Translations under genes and position numbers: made by a program
From: Hyphomicrobiales bacterium
Lineage (GTDB): Bacteria > Pseudomonadota > Alphaproteobacteria > Rhizobiales > Xanthobacteraceae
NCBI GenBank assembly: GCA_009377695.1
Contig: WHTP01000002.1
Coordinates: forward strand, 37,473-101,472
Reading direction: 5' to 3'
Length of the DNA stretch: 64,000 bases
In this document: in pieces, positions 26,225-33,731 of the stretch
Numbering within the stretch: position 1 is the first letter of the stretch
Layout: each line of letters starts with the position of its first letter
The notes under the pieces: generated by a model
Database searches by the model: none
Seen by the model: the letters and a program-made list of their open reading frames with translations, nothing else
What the model was told of the DNA's origin: nothing

Positions 26225-28147
26225 ATGCGAGTTTTGTTTGTTGCAAACGCGTACAACAGTCTTTGTCAGCGTATGCATGTTGAATTGCTCGATCGCGGTC
26301 ACGAGGTCTCCATCGAGCTCGCCACCAGCGAGCTTGCGATGGTCGAGGCGGTCGAGCTCTATCGGCCGGACCTCATCCTGGCGCCGATGCTGACCAGGCC
26401 GATCCCCGAACGGATCTGGCGCAATCACGTCTGCATCATCCTCCACCCCGGAATCCGGGGCGACCGCGGAGCCTCCTCGCTCGACTGGGCGATCGTCGAG
26501 GATCAGCGCGTGTGGGGGGTGACGGCGCTGCAGGCCGCCGCCGAGATGGATGCCGGCGACGTCTGGTCCGCGCACGAGTTTCTCATGCGGCCGGCCAGCA
26601 AGAGCAGCCTCTACCGCAACGAGATCATGGAGGCCGCCGTCAGGGCGCTGCTCGAAGCCGTCGAGCGGTTCGCGAGCGGGCGCAGCGAACCGGAGCCGCT
26701 CGACCACGGTCGATCCGACACGCGCGGTCGCTGGCACCCGCTGATGAAGCAGGCCGATCGCCGGATCGACTGGTCGGAATCGACGGCCACCATCGTCCGC
26801 AGGATCCGCGCGGGCGACAGTCGGCCGGGCACGCTCGATGCGATCGACGACACGCAATATTACCTCTACGGCGCCCATGCCGAGGACGCTCTGAAGGGCA
26901 GTCCGGGCGAGTTGCTCGCGCAGCGCGATGGCGCCATCTGTCGCGCGACCGGAGATGGCGCCGTATGGATCAGCCATCTGCGTCGGCAGGGCGGCGGCAT
27001 CAAGCTGCCGGCCGCATTGGCGCTCGGCGAGGCCGCGGCGGGCATTCCGGTCGCGGAGGCGGCCAGTGTGGCGGTTCAGAAGTTCGCCATCCCAAGCAGC
27101 CAGAGCGAGAGCGAACTTCGGATTCGGGACACTAGCGACGCTGCCGACCATCGGACGTTTCGGGAAATCTGGTACGAGGAGACCGACCATGTCGGCTATC
27201 TCCACTTCGATTTCTACAACGGCGCCATGAGCACCGATCAGTGCCGGAGACTGACCGATGCGGTGGGGACAGCGACGCAGCGCCCGACCCGCGTGCTGGT
27301 GCTGATGGGCGGCACTGATTTCTTCTCCAACGGCATCCACCTCAATGTGATTGAGGCAGCGCCCGATCCCGCCGATGAATCCTGGGCGAACATCAACGCG
27401 ATGAACGACCTGGTCCAATCGATCATCCTGACGAAGTCGCATCTCGTGGTTTCGGCCATGCAAGGCAACGCCGCCGCGGGCGGCGTGACGCTCGCCTTGG
27501 CGGCGGACGTCGTCTGGGCCCGCGAGGGCGTCGTGCTCAATCCGCACTACCGCCGGATGGGGCTCTACGGCTCCGAATACTGGACCTACCTGCTGCCGCG
27601 CCGCGTCGGCGCGAGGTGTGCACGTGAGCTGACCACCGCCTGCCTGCCTGTAGGGACGCGACGGGCCAAGAGGATCGGGCTCGTGGACGAGTATTTCGGC
27701 GCTCCCGTCACCGGTTTCGCACGCTGGGTTCGTATCCGGGCGGAGGAGCTTGCGCATGCACCCGATTGGCACGAGCGCCTCTCCGCCAAGGTGGCGGTGA
27801 GGATGGTGGAGCAGGCGATCAAGCCGCTCGAGCGCTACCGCCAGGAGGAATTGGCGCAGATGCGGACGAACTTCTACGGACCGGATCGCACCTATCACAT
27901 CATGCGACACAATTTCGTGCACAAGATCCAGCGCGGGCCGACGCCGTCCTACCTGGCGAAGCATCGCACCGTGTTCGCGGCCCCTGCCGGCCGCAAGAAC
28001 CCGATCGATCCCGCGGGCGTCCGCCTCTCCGCAAGCGATCGGGTCAACCCTCGCCTGTCGAAGCCGGCGGACGTGCCGATGGCCGATAATAGCAACAAAC
28101 CTCCGCCCCAGCGCCGCTCCCGCTTCCTCTCTCTGTTTCGCGGATGA
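26225..28147 (+). CDS. hypX: HypX/HoxX-like protein (N-terminal formyltransferase-like domain fused to a C-terminal crotonase/enoyl-CoA hydratase-like domain)
   Basis: N-terminus: MRVLFVANAYNSL...ILHPGIRGDRGASSLDWAI. C-terminus: ...VLVLMGGTDFFSNGIHLN...AMQGNAAAGGVTLALAADVVWA... This domain architecture is that of HoxX/HypX. Confidence 0.75.
   Translation: MRVLFVANAYNSLCQRMHVELLDRGHEVSIELATSELAMVEAVELYRPDLILAPMLTRPIPERIWRNHVCIILHPGIRGDRGASSLDWAIVEDQRVWGVTALQAAAEMDAGDVWSAHEFLMRPASKSSLYRNEIMEAAVRALLEAVERFASGRSEPEPLDHGRSDTRGRWHPLMKQADRRIDWSESTATIVRRIRAGDSRPGTLDAIDDTQYYLYGAHAEDALKGSPGELLAQRDGAICRATGDGAVWISHLRRQGGGIKLPAALALGEAAAGIPVAEAASVAVQKFAIPSSQSESELRIRDTSDAADHRTFREIWYEETDHVGYLHFDFYNGAMSTDQCRRLTDAVGTATQRPTRVLVLMGGTDFFSNGIHLNVIEAAPDPADESWANINAMNDLVQSIILTKSHLVVSAMQGNAAAGGVTLALAADVVWAREGVVLNPHYRRMGLYGSEYWTYLLPRRVGARCARELTTACLPVGTRRAKRIGLVDEYFGAPVTGFARWVRIRAEELAHAPDWHERLSAKVAVRMVEQAIKPLERYRQEELAQMRTNFYGPDRTYHIMRHNFVHKIQRGPTPSYLAKHRTVFAAPAGRKNPIDPAGVRLSASDRVNPRLSKPADVPMADNSNKPPPQRRSRFLSLFRG
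27065..27135. repeat. Family E palindromic repeat copy inside the HypX-like ORF
   Basis: GTGTGGCGGTTCAGAAGTTCGC matches the left arm at 15040-15061. GCGAACTTCGGATTCGGGACACTAG matches the right arm at 15178-15202. Confidence 0.8.
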
Positions 28148-28221
28148 GAACCTAACGTGTCGGAAGCGTTTGATTTGCTGGTGTGCGGCGCGTGCGACCG
28201 CGCGCTGCAAATAGCAAACGA

Positions 28222-28285
28222 CGGTTCTCACAGGCGTGGGCTACGACCTGCATTTGAAAGTGAATTACACGGAGATTTACGTCGC
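28222..28285. repeat. Right copy of the direct repeat flanking the HypX-like gene
   Basis: See 26004-26069. Confidence 0.7.
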
Positions 28286-28343
28286 CAGACGCTAGGAGCT
28301 AGAGTCCCTCAGGCCGCAAGGCGACCATCGAGGAGGAGATCAG

Positions 28344-28832
28344 ATGAAAGCGGCAGGCCGCTCCTTCGCATATCTGACGTCGTTGGTGATGCTGACCGTG
28401 GTGGCGACTGCCGCGCTTGCGGCCGACGCTGGCCTCGTGACCAAACCGAGCCGCTATTCGGCGGACGAGACGATCGCGCGGTTCGAGGCCGCGGTGAAAG
28501 GCAAGGCTGGCGCCGGGTTCAAGGTCTTCACCCGGATCGACCATGCTGCCGCTGCGAAAGAGGCCGGCCTCGCCATGCGGCCGCGCACGGTCATCGTGTT
28601 CGGCAATCCGAAACTGGGTACGCCGGTCATGATCAAGACGCCGCTCTTGGCGATCGACGTGCCGCCGAAGGCGCTGGTCTGGGAGGACGACCAAGGCAAG
28701 GTCTGGCTATCGTACAATTCGGCCGACTACCTCTATCGGACCATCTACCCGCGCCACGGCTTGTCGGATGTGACACCGCCTAAGGCGTTCGTGAATGTCA
28801 TGGAGGAAATGACCGATTACGCGACCAAGTAG
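28344..28832 (+). CDS. DUF302-domain protein with a signal peptide
   Basis: ...RIDHAAAAKEAGLAMRPRTVIVFGNPKLGTPVMIKTPLLAIDVPPKALVWEDDQGKVWLSYN is the typical DUF302 core. Confidence 0.8.
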   Translation: MKAAGRSFAYLTSLVMLTVVATAALAADAGLVTKPSRYSADETIARFEAAVKGKAGAGFKVFTRIDHAAAAKEAGLAMRPRTVIVFGNPKLGTPVMIKTPLLAIDVPPKALVWEDDQGKVWLSYNSADYLYRTIYPRHGLSDVTPPKAFVNVMEEMTDYATK

Positions 28833-28888
28833 CGCAGTAGTTTGTTCCCTCGGTACCCTTGGATTCGGCGTCGTGCCAAGGGCTTGAA

Positions 28889-28927
28889 TGGCGACCCCCG
28901 GGAAGGACTCGAATCTCCGACCAACAG
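28889..28927 (-). other. Degenerate tRNA 3'-end fragment (old att relic)
   Basis: The reverse complement reads ...CTGTTGGTCGGAGATTCGAGTCCTTCCCGGGGGTCGCCA. The T-stem no longer pairs and there is no matching 5' acceptor strand. Confidence 0.6.
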
Positions 28928-29207
28928 TCATGGTGGTGGTGCAAGAGCTATCCTGACAATCAGCACCCAACATACCATTGAAGCACAACAGCTATTTGGC
29001 CCTGTCAGAATGCTGCCAGGGCCAAATTAGCCCATGTACAGAACCCAACCGCCACTATGATTGGAAGGCCTCAGCCTAGCCCTTTAGGGCCAGGCGGCGT
29101 TCCCTCGTTGCGTTTGCGGTCTGCGCCGCCTTCGCCTGGAGCTGATCTGGGAAGGCGACTAGCGGCATGAGCCCCCGAAAAAGGTTCCCGGGGGCTCGCA
29201 GTCGCGC

Positions 29208-29405
29208 TTATCCGAGAAGGTCGTCGCCGAGACCGCCGAGACCGCCAAGGTCCGGGAGGAGGTCGCCGGTCAATCCTGAAACAAGGTCCCCCACTCCTCC
29301 GACAACTTCTCCCACTCCGTCGACCGCTCCATCGAGAACGGTGGTTACGCCGCCAAGTATAGCTCCCAGAGCATCGCCAAGATTGGTATCGTCGGTATCG
29401 TCCAC
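29208..29405 (-). CDS. Small acidic Gly/Asp/Leu-rich protein (65 aa)
   Basis: AGGAGA lies 5 nt before GTG 29405. Translation: VDDTDDTNLGDALGAILGGVTTVLDGAVDGVGEVVGGVGDLVSGLTGDLLPDLGGLGGLGDDLLG. Hairpin GAGCCCCCG...CGGGGGCTC lies just downstream (29169-29197). Confidence 0.35.
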   Translation of the reverse strand: MDDTDDTNLGDALGAILGGVTTVLDGAVDGVGEVVGGVGDLVSGLTGDLLPDLGGLGGLGDDLLG

Positions 29406-29570
29406 TGTGTTCTCCTGCTTCTTTTTCTTCGGTCGCGATTGCTGGTCCTGCCCGCAATCGCGTGGAGATCCTGCCACCAAGTGCGACCGGGCACACCTGT
29501 CGCATCCGCCAATTGCCACCGATCGAGCGGGCAAGGACACTCAAACGGTCGAACTGATGAAGCACACTGA

Positions 29571-29628
29571 GCCCGCCCGGGTTTTCTCAGCGATCACATC
29601 CTGTTCCTCGTGAGAAAGCCGGGCGGGC
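29571..29628. other. Long hairpin: about 17-bp stem (GCCCGCCCGG..TTTCTCA / TGAGAAA..CCGGGCGGGC) with a 21-nt loop
   Basis: Read directly. Confidence 0.7.
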
Positions 29629-29631
29629 TTC

Positions 29632-29663
29632 TATTTGCGTTTTCAGGTATTTGCGTTTTCAGG
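29632..29663. repeat. Perfect tandem duplication of TATTTGCGTTTTCAGG
   Basis: Read directly. Confidence 0.9.
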
Positions 29664-29943
29664 CGTGCTCGAGCGCGCGGGAGACTGCCGTCGGGCTCCT
29701 TATCGATCTCCACGAGGAGCACGCGCGCCGGTCCTACCGACTTTGCGCGCGAGCGCCTATCCTTACGACTCGCGCGGCTTGAAAATAGATCAGGTCATGT
29801 CGCATCCATGTTGCACGGACTCGCGGGGACAGCCCAAAACCACCCGGTACGCAATGGGAACACATGCAACATGTGCAACACGATCTAGATACTGAAAGTG
29901 CCGGTCCTGCTTGAGGAAAGGTCTGTTTTTGTTGGCTTTGTAG

Positions 29944-29990
29944 TGGCGACCCCGGGAGGACTCGAACCTCCGACCAACAGCTTAGAAGGC
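29944..29990 (-). other. tRNA 3' fragment forming the prophage attachment-site core next to the integrase
   Basis: The reverse complement reads ...CCAGCCTTCTAAGCTGTTGGTCGGAGGTTCGAGTCCTCCCGGGGTCGCCA, with an intact T-arm and CCA end. Loop CTTCTAA would imply Arg-UCU (tentative). No D-arm or 5' acceptor strand, so this is not a complete gene. Confidence 0.7.
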
Positions 29991-30013
29991 TGGTTGTCGC
30001 AACTCATTTTCTG

Positions 30014-31186
30014 TCAACCCTTCAACGGTTTGGCTTTGATTGGTTGAGCAGTTCGGGACTTTCTTCGGGACTCGAGGCCCTTCGCGGTGGCGTTTAGACC
30101 GTCGCGAATGTCTTCGATCAGCACGTCGGCATAGAGCTTCGCCGTGATGCCGATGTCCGAATGGCGTAGGAGCTGCTGCACCAATTTGAGATTGCCGGTG
30201 TTGCGCAGGACGCGCCGGCCGGTGGTGTGGCGCAGGTCGTGGACGTGCGAAGTAACGCCCGCCTTCTTCCAGTGCCGGACACGGTGCGACGTGAGGCCCC
30301 AATACGTGATCGGGTATCGCTTGCCCTTCTCGTACTCCTTGCCGGTCTTGCCGCATTTGCGGGTGCGCTCCGCGACGAAGGTGAACACCCACATCGGATC
30401 GTGGCCGCGGAGCGCCCACAGGATCGCGTAGGCGTCCTTGGGCAGCGGCAGCACGGCGGGCTTGTCGCCTTTGCCGACGATGCGGATCTCGCCGGCATCG
30501 AAATCGACCTGGGGCCAGGTCAGGAGCGCCTCCTGGGCGCGCAGCCCCATGATGGTTATGAACCGGCGCAGTGCGGCGTAGTCGGCCCGCTCGGTCTCGT
30601 CGATGGCGTCCTCGCCAGCGAGCGTCAATTCGTTGATCGGCCGCTTCACCTCCTTGAGCATGAGCGGCTTCCACTTCGGCATCTTGAAGATGACGACATT
30701 CCAGAGATCCCGGGCGCGCAACATGATCCGTCGCAGCAGCATGGGCACGGTTCTGTTGACCGTCCGGGCCTTGATGGGGCGGTAGAGCTGCACGCCCTTA
30801 TCCGTGCGGCCTGCCTTGACCATGTGCGTCCTGCGCTCCGCGATCGCCTTGGTGACGTCGTCGGCGGTGATGGCGTGCAGCATGGTCTTGGGGCCGAGCT
30901 GGTCGCGCAGCCAGTGCAGGGCGGTCTCGATGTCGGTCTCCGCGAGGTGCTGCCCGACCTCGTTCCACCAGCGGTCGCACGCGACCGCCACCGTCATCGG
31001 CCGGCGCCCCGATTCGTGGGCAGCCGCGACAAGTTGCTCGGCTTTCCGACGCTCCTCCTTCTCGACCGCTTCTGCCTCACGCTTGGGACGGTGCTGCGGG
31101 ACGTCCGTGGAGCCGGAAAAGCGATAACCTTTTCGTTGGAAGTCGAAGTGCCAGTAGGGAGAGTCCCGGTGTTTGTAGACCGACAT
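30014..31186 (-). CDS. int: Tyrosine-type phage integrase
   Basis: N-terminal arm-binding-type MSVYKHRDSPYWHFDFQRKGYRFSGST. C-terminal HDLRHTTG...LLRHSDIGITAKLYADV. Confidence 0.9.
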   Translation of the reverse strand: MSVYKHRDSPYWHFDFQRKGYRFSGSTDVPQHRPKREAEAVEKEERRKAEQLVAAAHESGRRPMTVAVACDRWWNEVGQHLAETDIETALHWLRDQLGPKTMLHAITADDVTKAIAERRTHMVKAGRTDKGVQLYRPIKARTVNRTVPMLLRRIMLRARDLWNVVIFKMPKWKPLMLKEVKRPINELTLAGEDAIDETERADYAALRRFITIMGLRAQEALLTWPQVDFDAGEIRIVGKGDKPAVLPLPKDAYAILWALRGHDPMWVFTFVAERTRKCGKTGKEYEKGKRYPITYWGLTSHRVRHWKKAGVTSHVHDLRHTTGRRVLRNTGNLKLVQQLLRHSDIGITAKLYADVLIEDIRDGLNATAKGLESRRKSRTAQPIKAKPLKG

Positions 31187-31425
31187 GCTGCTGCTCGCCT
31201 CCGATAGAACGCCGCCACCTGCTCAAGCGTGCACACCCGGTGCTCGTGCTTCGAGCCGGTCCCCTTGCGCAGCCACTCAAGATCACCCACGTCGCAATGG
31301 CGGCGGAGCGTTTTGACGTCCATCCCCATTGCCTTCGCCAACCGAGCCAAGGAGAGTTCGGCTTGCCCCTCAAAGGCAAGGCGGACATGCTCGGGGACCA
31401 CGCTTTCCACAGGCTGCGGATACAT
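30994..31425 (-). CDS. Excisionase/HTH-like protein; its frame stays open 193 nt into the integrase gene
   Basis: N-terminal 80 aa: ...ELSLARLAKAMGMDVKTLRRHCDVGDLEWLRKG... (HTH-like). The remainder overlaps int out of frame and looks non-protein-like. Confidence 0.45.
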   Translation of the reverse strand: MYPQPVESVVPEHVRLAFEGQAELSLARLAKAMGMDVKTLRRHCDVGDLEWLRKGTGSKHEHRVCTLEQVAAFYRRRAAACRSTNTGTLPTGTSTSNEKVIAFPAPRTSRSTVPSVRQKRSRRRSVGKPSNLSRLPTNRGAGR

Positions 31426-31435
31426 AAATCACTCC

Positions 31436-31762
31436 TCAGAAGGGGACTTCGTCGTCGATCGACGGCGGCTTGCGCCGGCGCCACGGCACGAAGATCGCGA
31501 CCAGCCGTTGCCACCGATCGCGCCAAAGCTCGCGCCGCATGGCGCGGTCGTACTCGCGCTGGTGCTGCGCATCGCGTGCGATCTGCTCTGAGGTGAGCGA
31601 AAATACTTCGCCGCAGCGGTCGCACTGCACGCGGCCGCAGAGGACATCGAATTCTGAATAGTCCTCGTGCGTGCAGTTCTCGTAGTCCGGCTCGGGGGGA
31701 TCGTCCCAATAGCCGTCGTCGTAGTCGTAGTCGCGATCAGGGTCCGACCAGCCGGGCATCAT
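31436..31762 (-). CDS. Hypothetical phage protein (acidic N-terminus, Cys pairs)
   Basis: Track ORF. 4-nt overlap with the upstream gene. Confidence 0.55.
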   Translation of the reverse strand: MMPGWSDPDRDYDYDDGYWDDPPEPDYENCTHEDYSEFDVLCGRVQCDRCGEVFSLTSEQIARDAQHQREYDRAMRRELWRDRWQRLVAIFVPWRRRKPPSIDDEVPF

Positions 31763-32022
31763 CCGAACTCCTCATCACGAATTTCGCAGCCCCAAGAGCA
31801 GCCGTTTCCCCGGCACCACTCAGCGTCGGGACAGCCGGGCGGGAAGCGCTGCCGCATGGCCGGGTTCTTGGCCGAGGCGTCCCACTTTGTCCCCGGCATC
31901 GGGATGCGGATCAGTGGGCCGTCCGACACCGGGCCGTGAAAGGGATCGCGGCACGGCACAATCGCCGTGTCCGCGTGGAGGTGTGGCTTCGGCGAGCCGC
32001 AGGTTGGGCAGGTCGCCATCAT
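31759..32022 (-). CDS. Hypothetical Cys-rich phage protein
   Basis: CPTCGS...CRD...CPDAEWCRGNGCSWGC. Overlaps both neighbours by 4 nt. Confidence 0.55.
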   Translation of the reverse strand: MMATCPTCGSPKPHLHADTAIVPCRDPFHGPVSDGPLIRIPMPGTKWDASAKNPAMRQRFPPGCPDAEWCRGNGCSWGCEIRDEEFG

Positions 32023-32621
32023 CCCGCGATCCTGGTGGAGAGCGCGGCCTTCTCAACGGCCGTGAGATCCCACGCGGCAACGACCACCCACAGGTCGGCC
32101 TTGCCTATGCGACGCAGCAGGAAGGGGTCGGTCGGCGGTAGAGGCGTCCATTCCGCTTCCCAAAGCACGTGATAGCTCTCGAGTCCGCGCTTCGGCCGAA
32201 GGTGGATGGGGATCAGCGGCAACACCGCCTCGCCGCTCGGCGTTCGGTACCAGACGATTTCCTTGCCTCGATAGACCGGCGTTTCTGGAAACGACAGACT
32301 ACCGGCCGGGAAAGAAATGAGGTTGCGATTGCGCCATTGCGACCTGCCGTCGCCCATCGTGAACGACCCATCGCGGCTTGTCCGCAGCACGCACGTCTTC
32401 TGCGTGGCCCGCGCGATGGCGAGCTTCGGCAAGCCTTTCTCGTCGACGCCAGCCTGCTTGATGCTCTCGATCGCCCGGATGACCATGCGCCCTTGCGCGA
32501 TCATCTGGTAGGCGCGCTGCACCTCCCAGTCGATCGGCTCCGAGTAGTGCGAGTGCTTCTTGTAAGTCCGGTACAATTCCCGCGCTTGCTTGCGGTCTAG
32601 CTTCACTTCCACCGTCTGCAT
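32019..32621 (-). CDS. Hypothetical phage protein
   Basis: 200-aa ORF in the operon. No family recognised. Confidence 0.6.
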   Translation of the reverse strand: MQTVEVKLDRKQARELYRTYKKHSHYSEPIDWEVQRAYQMIAQGRMVIRAIESIKQAGVDEKGLPKLAIARATQKTCVLRTSRDGSFTMGDGRSQWRNRNLISFPAGSLSFPETPVYRGKEIVWYRTPSGEAVLPLIPIHLRPKRGLESYHVLWEAEWTPLPPTDPFLLRRIGKADLWVVVAAWDLTAVEKAALSTRIAG

Positions 32622-32631
32622 GGTGTCCTCC

Positions 32632-32988
32632 TCAGTCTCGGACGTCTTGGGCGTTCGGATCGGCTGCGAGACTGACCAGCCGGTCGACGCTGAAATGCGG
32701 GCCGAAGATTGCGGCGCCCTGGTACTTGAAGGTCTCGCGTATCTCGTGCTCGAAGGCGGTCAGCACCGCCTTGAACGCGGTCTGCACCACCTCGCTCTTG
32801 GTCATGTGTTGCGAGAGCAGCCATTTGCGGCCGTGCCACTTCATCCGCTGGCCGGTGACGTTGCAGATGCCGTCGCATTGCACCTGCAGCCAGAACGGCG
32901 CGGCGCTGCCTTCGCCGACGATGAACGTCAGGCCGGGATAGGTGACGTTGCGCAGGATCGTGCGCGCCATGTCGGCGGTCAGGTGCAT
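32632..32988 (-). CDS. Hypothetical phage protein
   Basis: 118-aa ORF in the operon. Confidence 0.6.
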   Translation of the reverse strand: MHLTADMARTILRNVTYPGLTFIVGEGSAAPFWLQVQCDGICNVTGQRMKWHGRKWLLSQHMTKSEVVQTAFKAVLTAFEHEIRETFKYQGAAIFGPHFSVDRLVSLAADPNAQDVRD

Positions 32989-32992
32989 CGGC

Positions 32993-33730
32993 TCACCTCG
33001 GGAATTCCCGAACCATCAAGTCCGGCGGAATTGGCGCCTTGCCGACCATCTGCTTGAAGAAGAACGCAATCCCGACTGCCCTGCAGATGTCGCGCTGATA
33101 GCGAGCCCACGCCGGGACGTCGTCGGTGCAGCGTGCATTGGGCCCGCTCTCGCCCCCGGCGATGATCCAGTCCGGCAGCGGCATTCCCTCTGCGAGCCGA
33201 CACGGCGTCAGCAGCCCGAGCATGGGTTCGTTGCTGATAAACCGGACCACCGCCGGTATCTTCGCGAGCTTCGGGAAGTCCCGGCAGTATTCGTCCTGAT
33301 CGCCGCACGTGATGCCGAGCCACACGTTCGGCCATCCATGCGGCCCCCACGTATCAGGCAGCATGTGCGCGATGTTCTGCGGCCGCTTGGTCAACAACAG
33401 CCAGTCGAGATTGCGCGTGGCGTTGATGAGATCGAACAGGCCATAGCGCCATTCGACCGGCACCTGATTGTCGAACACGTCGGCGAGCGAGGCGCAGAAC
33501 ACACGCTTGCGGTCGTAAGGAGCAGCCGCCTTATTCCACCGCAACGGTAGCTTCCAGTTCGCCTCCGACGTCTTCTTGCGTTCGCCGTGCGGTCCCCATT
33601 GTACCTTGTGATACCGGCGGTCCATCAACGCCTCGGCATAGCAATTGTCGCAAGGCGGTCCGACCTTCGTGCATCCGATCCACGGATTGAACGTGTGATG
33701 CGCCCATTCGATTGCTGTGTTCTCGCCCAT
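32993..33730 (-). CDS. Phage Gp37/Gp68-family protein (DUF5131)
   Basis: TAIEWAHHTFNPWIGCTKVGPPCDNCYAE... is the hallmark N-terminus of this family. Confidence 0.85.
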   Translation of the reverse strand: MGENTAIEWAHHTFNPWIGCTKVGPPCDNCYAEALMDRRYHKVQWGPHGERKKTSEANWKLPLRWNKAAAPYDRKRVFCASLADVFDNQVPVEWRYGLFDLINATRNLDWLLLTKRPQNIAHMLPDTWGPHGWPNVWLGITCGDQDEYCRDFPKLAKIPAVVRFISNEPMLGLLTPCRLAEGMPLPDWIIAGGESGPNARCTDDVPAWARYQRDICRAVGIAFFFKQMVGKAPIPPDLMVREFPR

Positions 33731-33731
33731 G

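Larger units (their letters stand above)
28889..29981. mobile_element. Decayed integrated element of about 1 kb, bounded by two direct copies of a tRNA 3' fragment
   Basis: The 28889-28927 and 29944-29981 copies differ by one substitution and two 1-nt indels. The interior has little convincing coding sequence. Confidence 0.5.

Noticed and set aside
26225-28147. A hydrogenase gene cluster
   Set aside because: Only the HypX/HoxX-like gene is present. No hup, hox or hyp structural or maturation genes are recognisable in the window.
26000-28231. 743-aa minus-strand ORF covering the whole HypX-like gene
   Set aside because: Arg/Ala/Gly/Pro-rich translation with no motifs, exactly antisense to a gene with clear domain architecture. 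This is a typical GC-rich shadow frame.
28889-28965. A complete tRNA gene at the first att-like site (and likewise at 29944-30020)
   Set aside because: The reverse complement lacks a 5' acceptor strand complementary to the 3' end and has no D-arm. At 28889 the T-stem is also disrupted. These are only 3' fragments.
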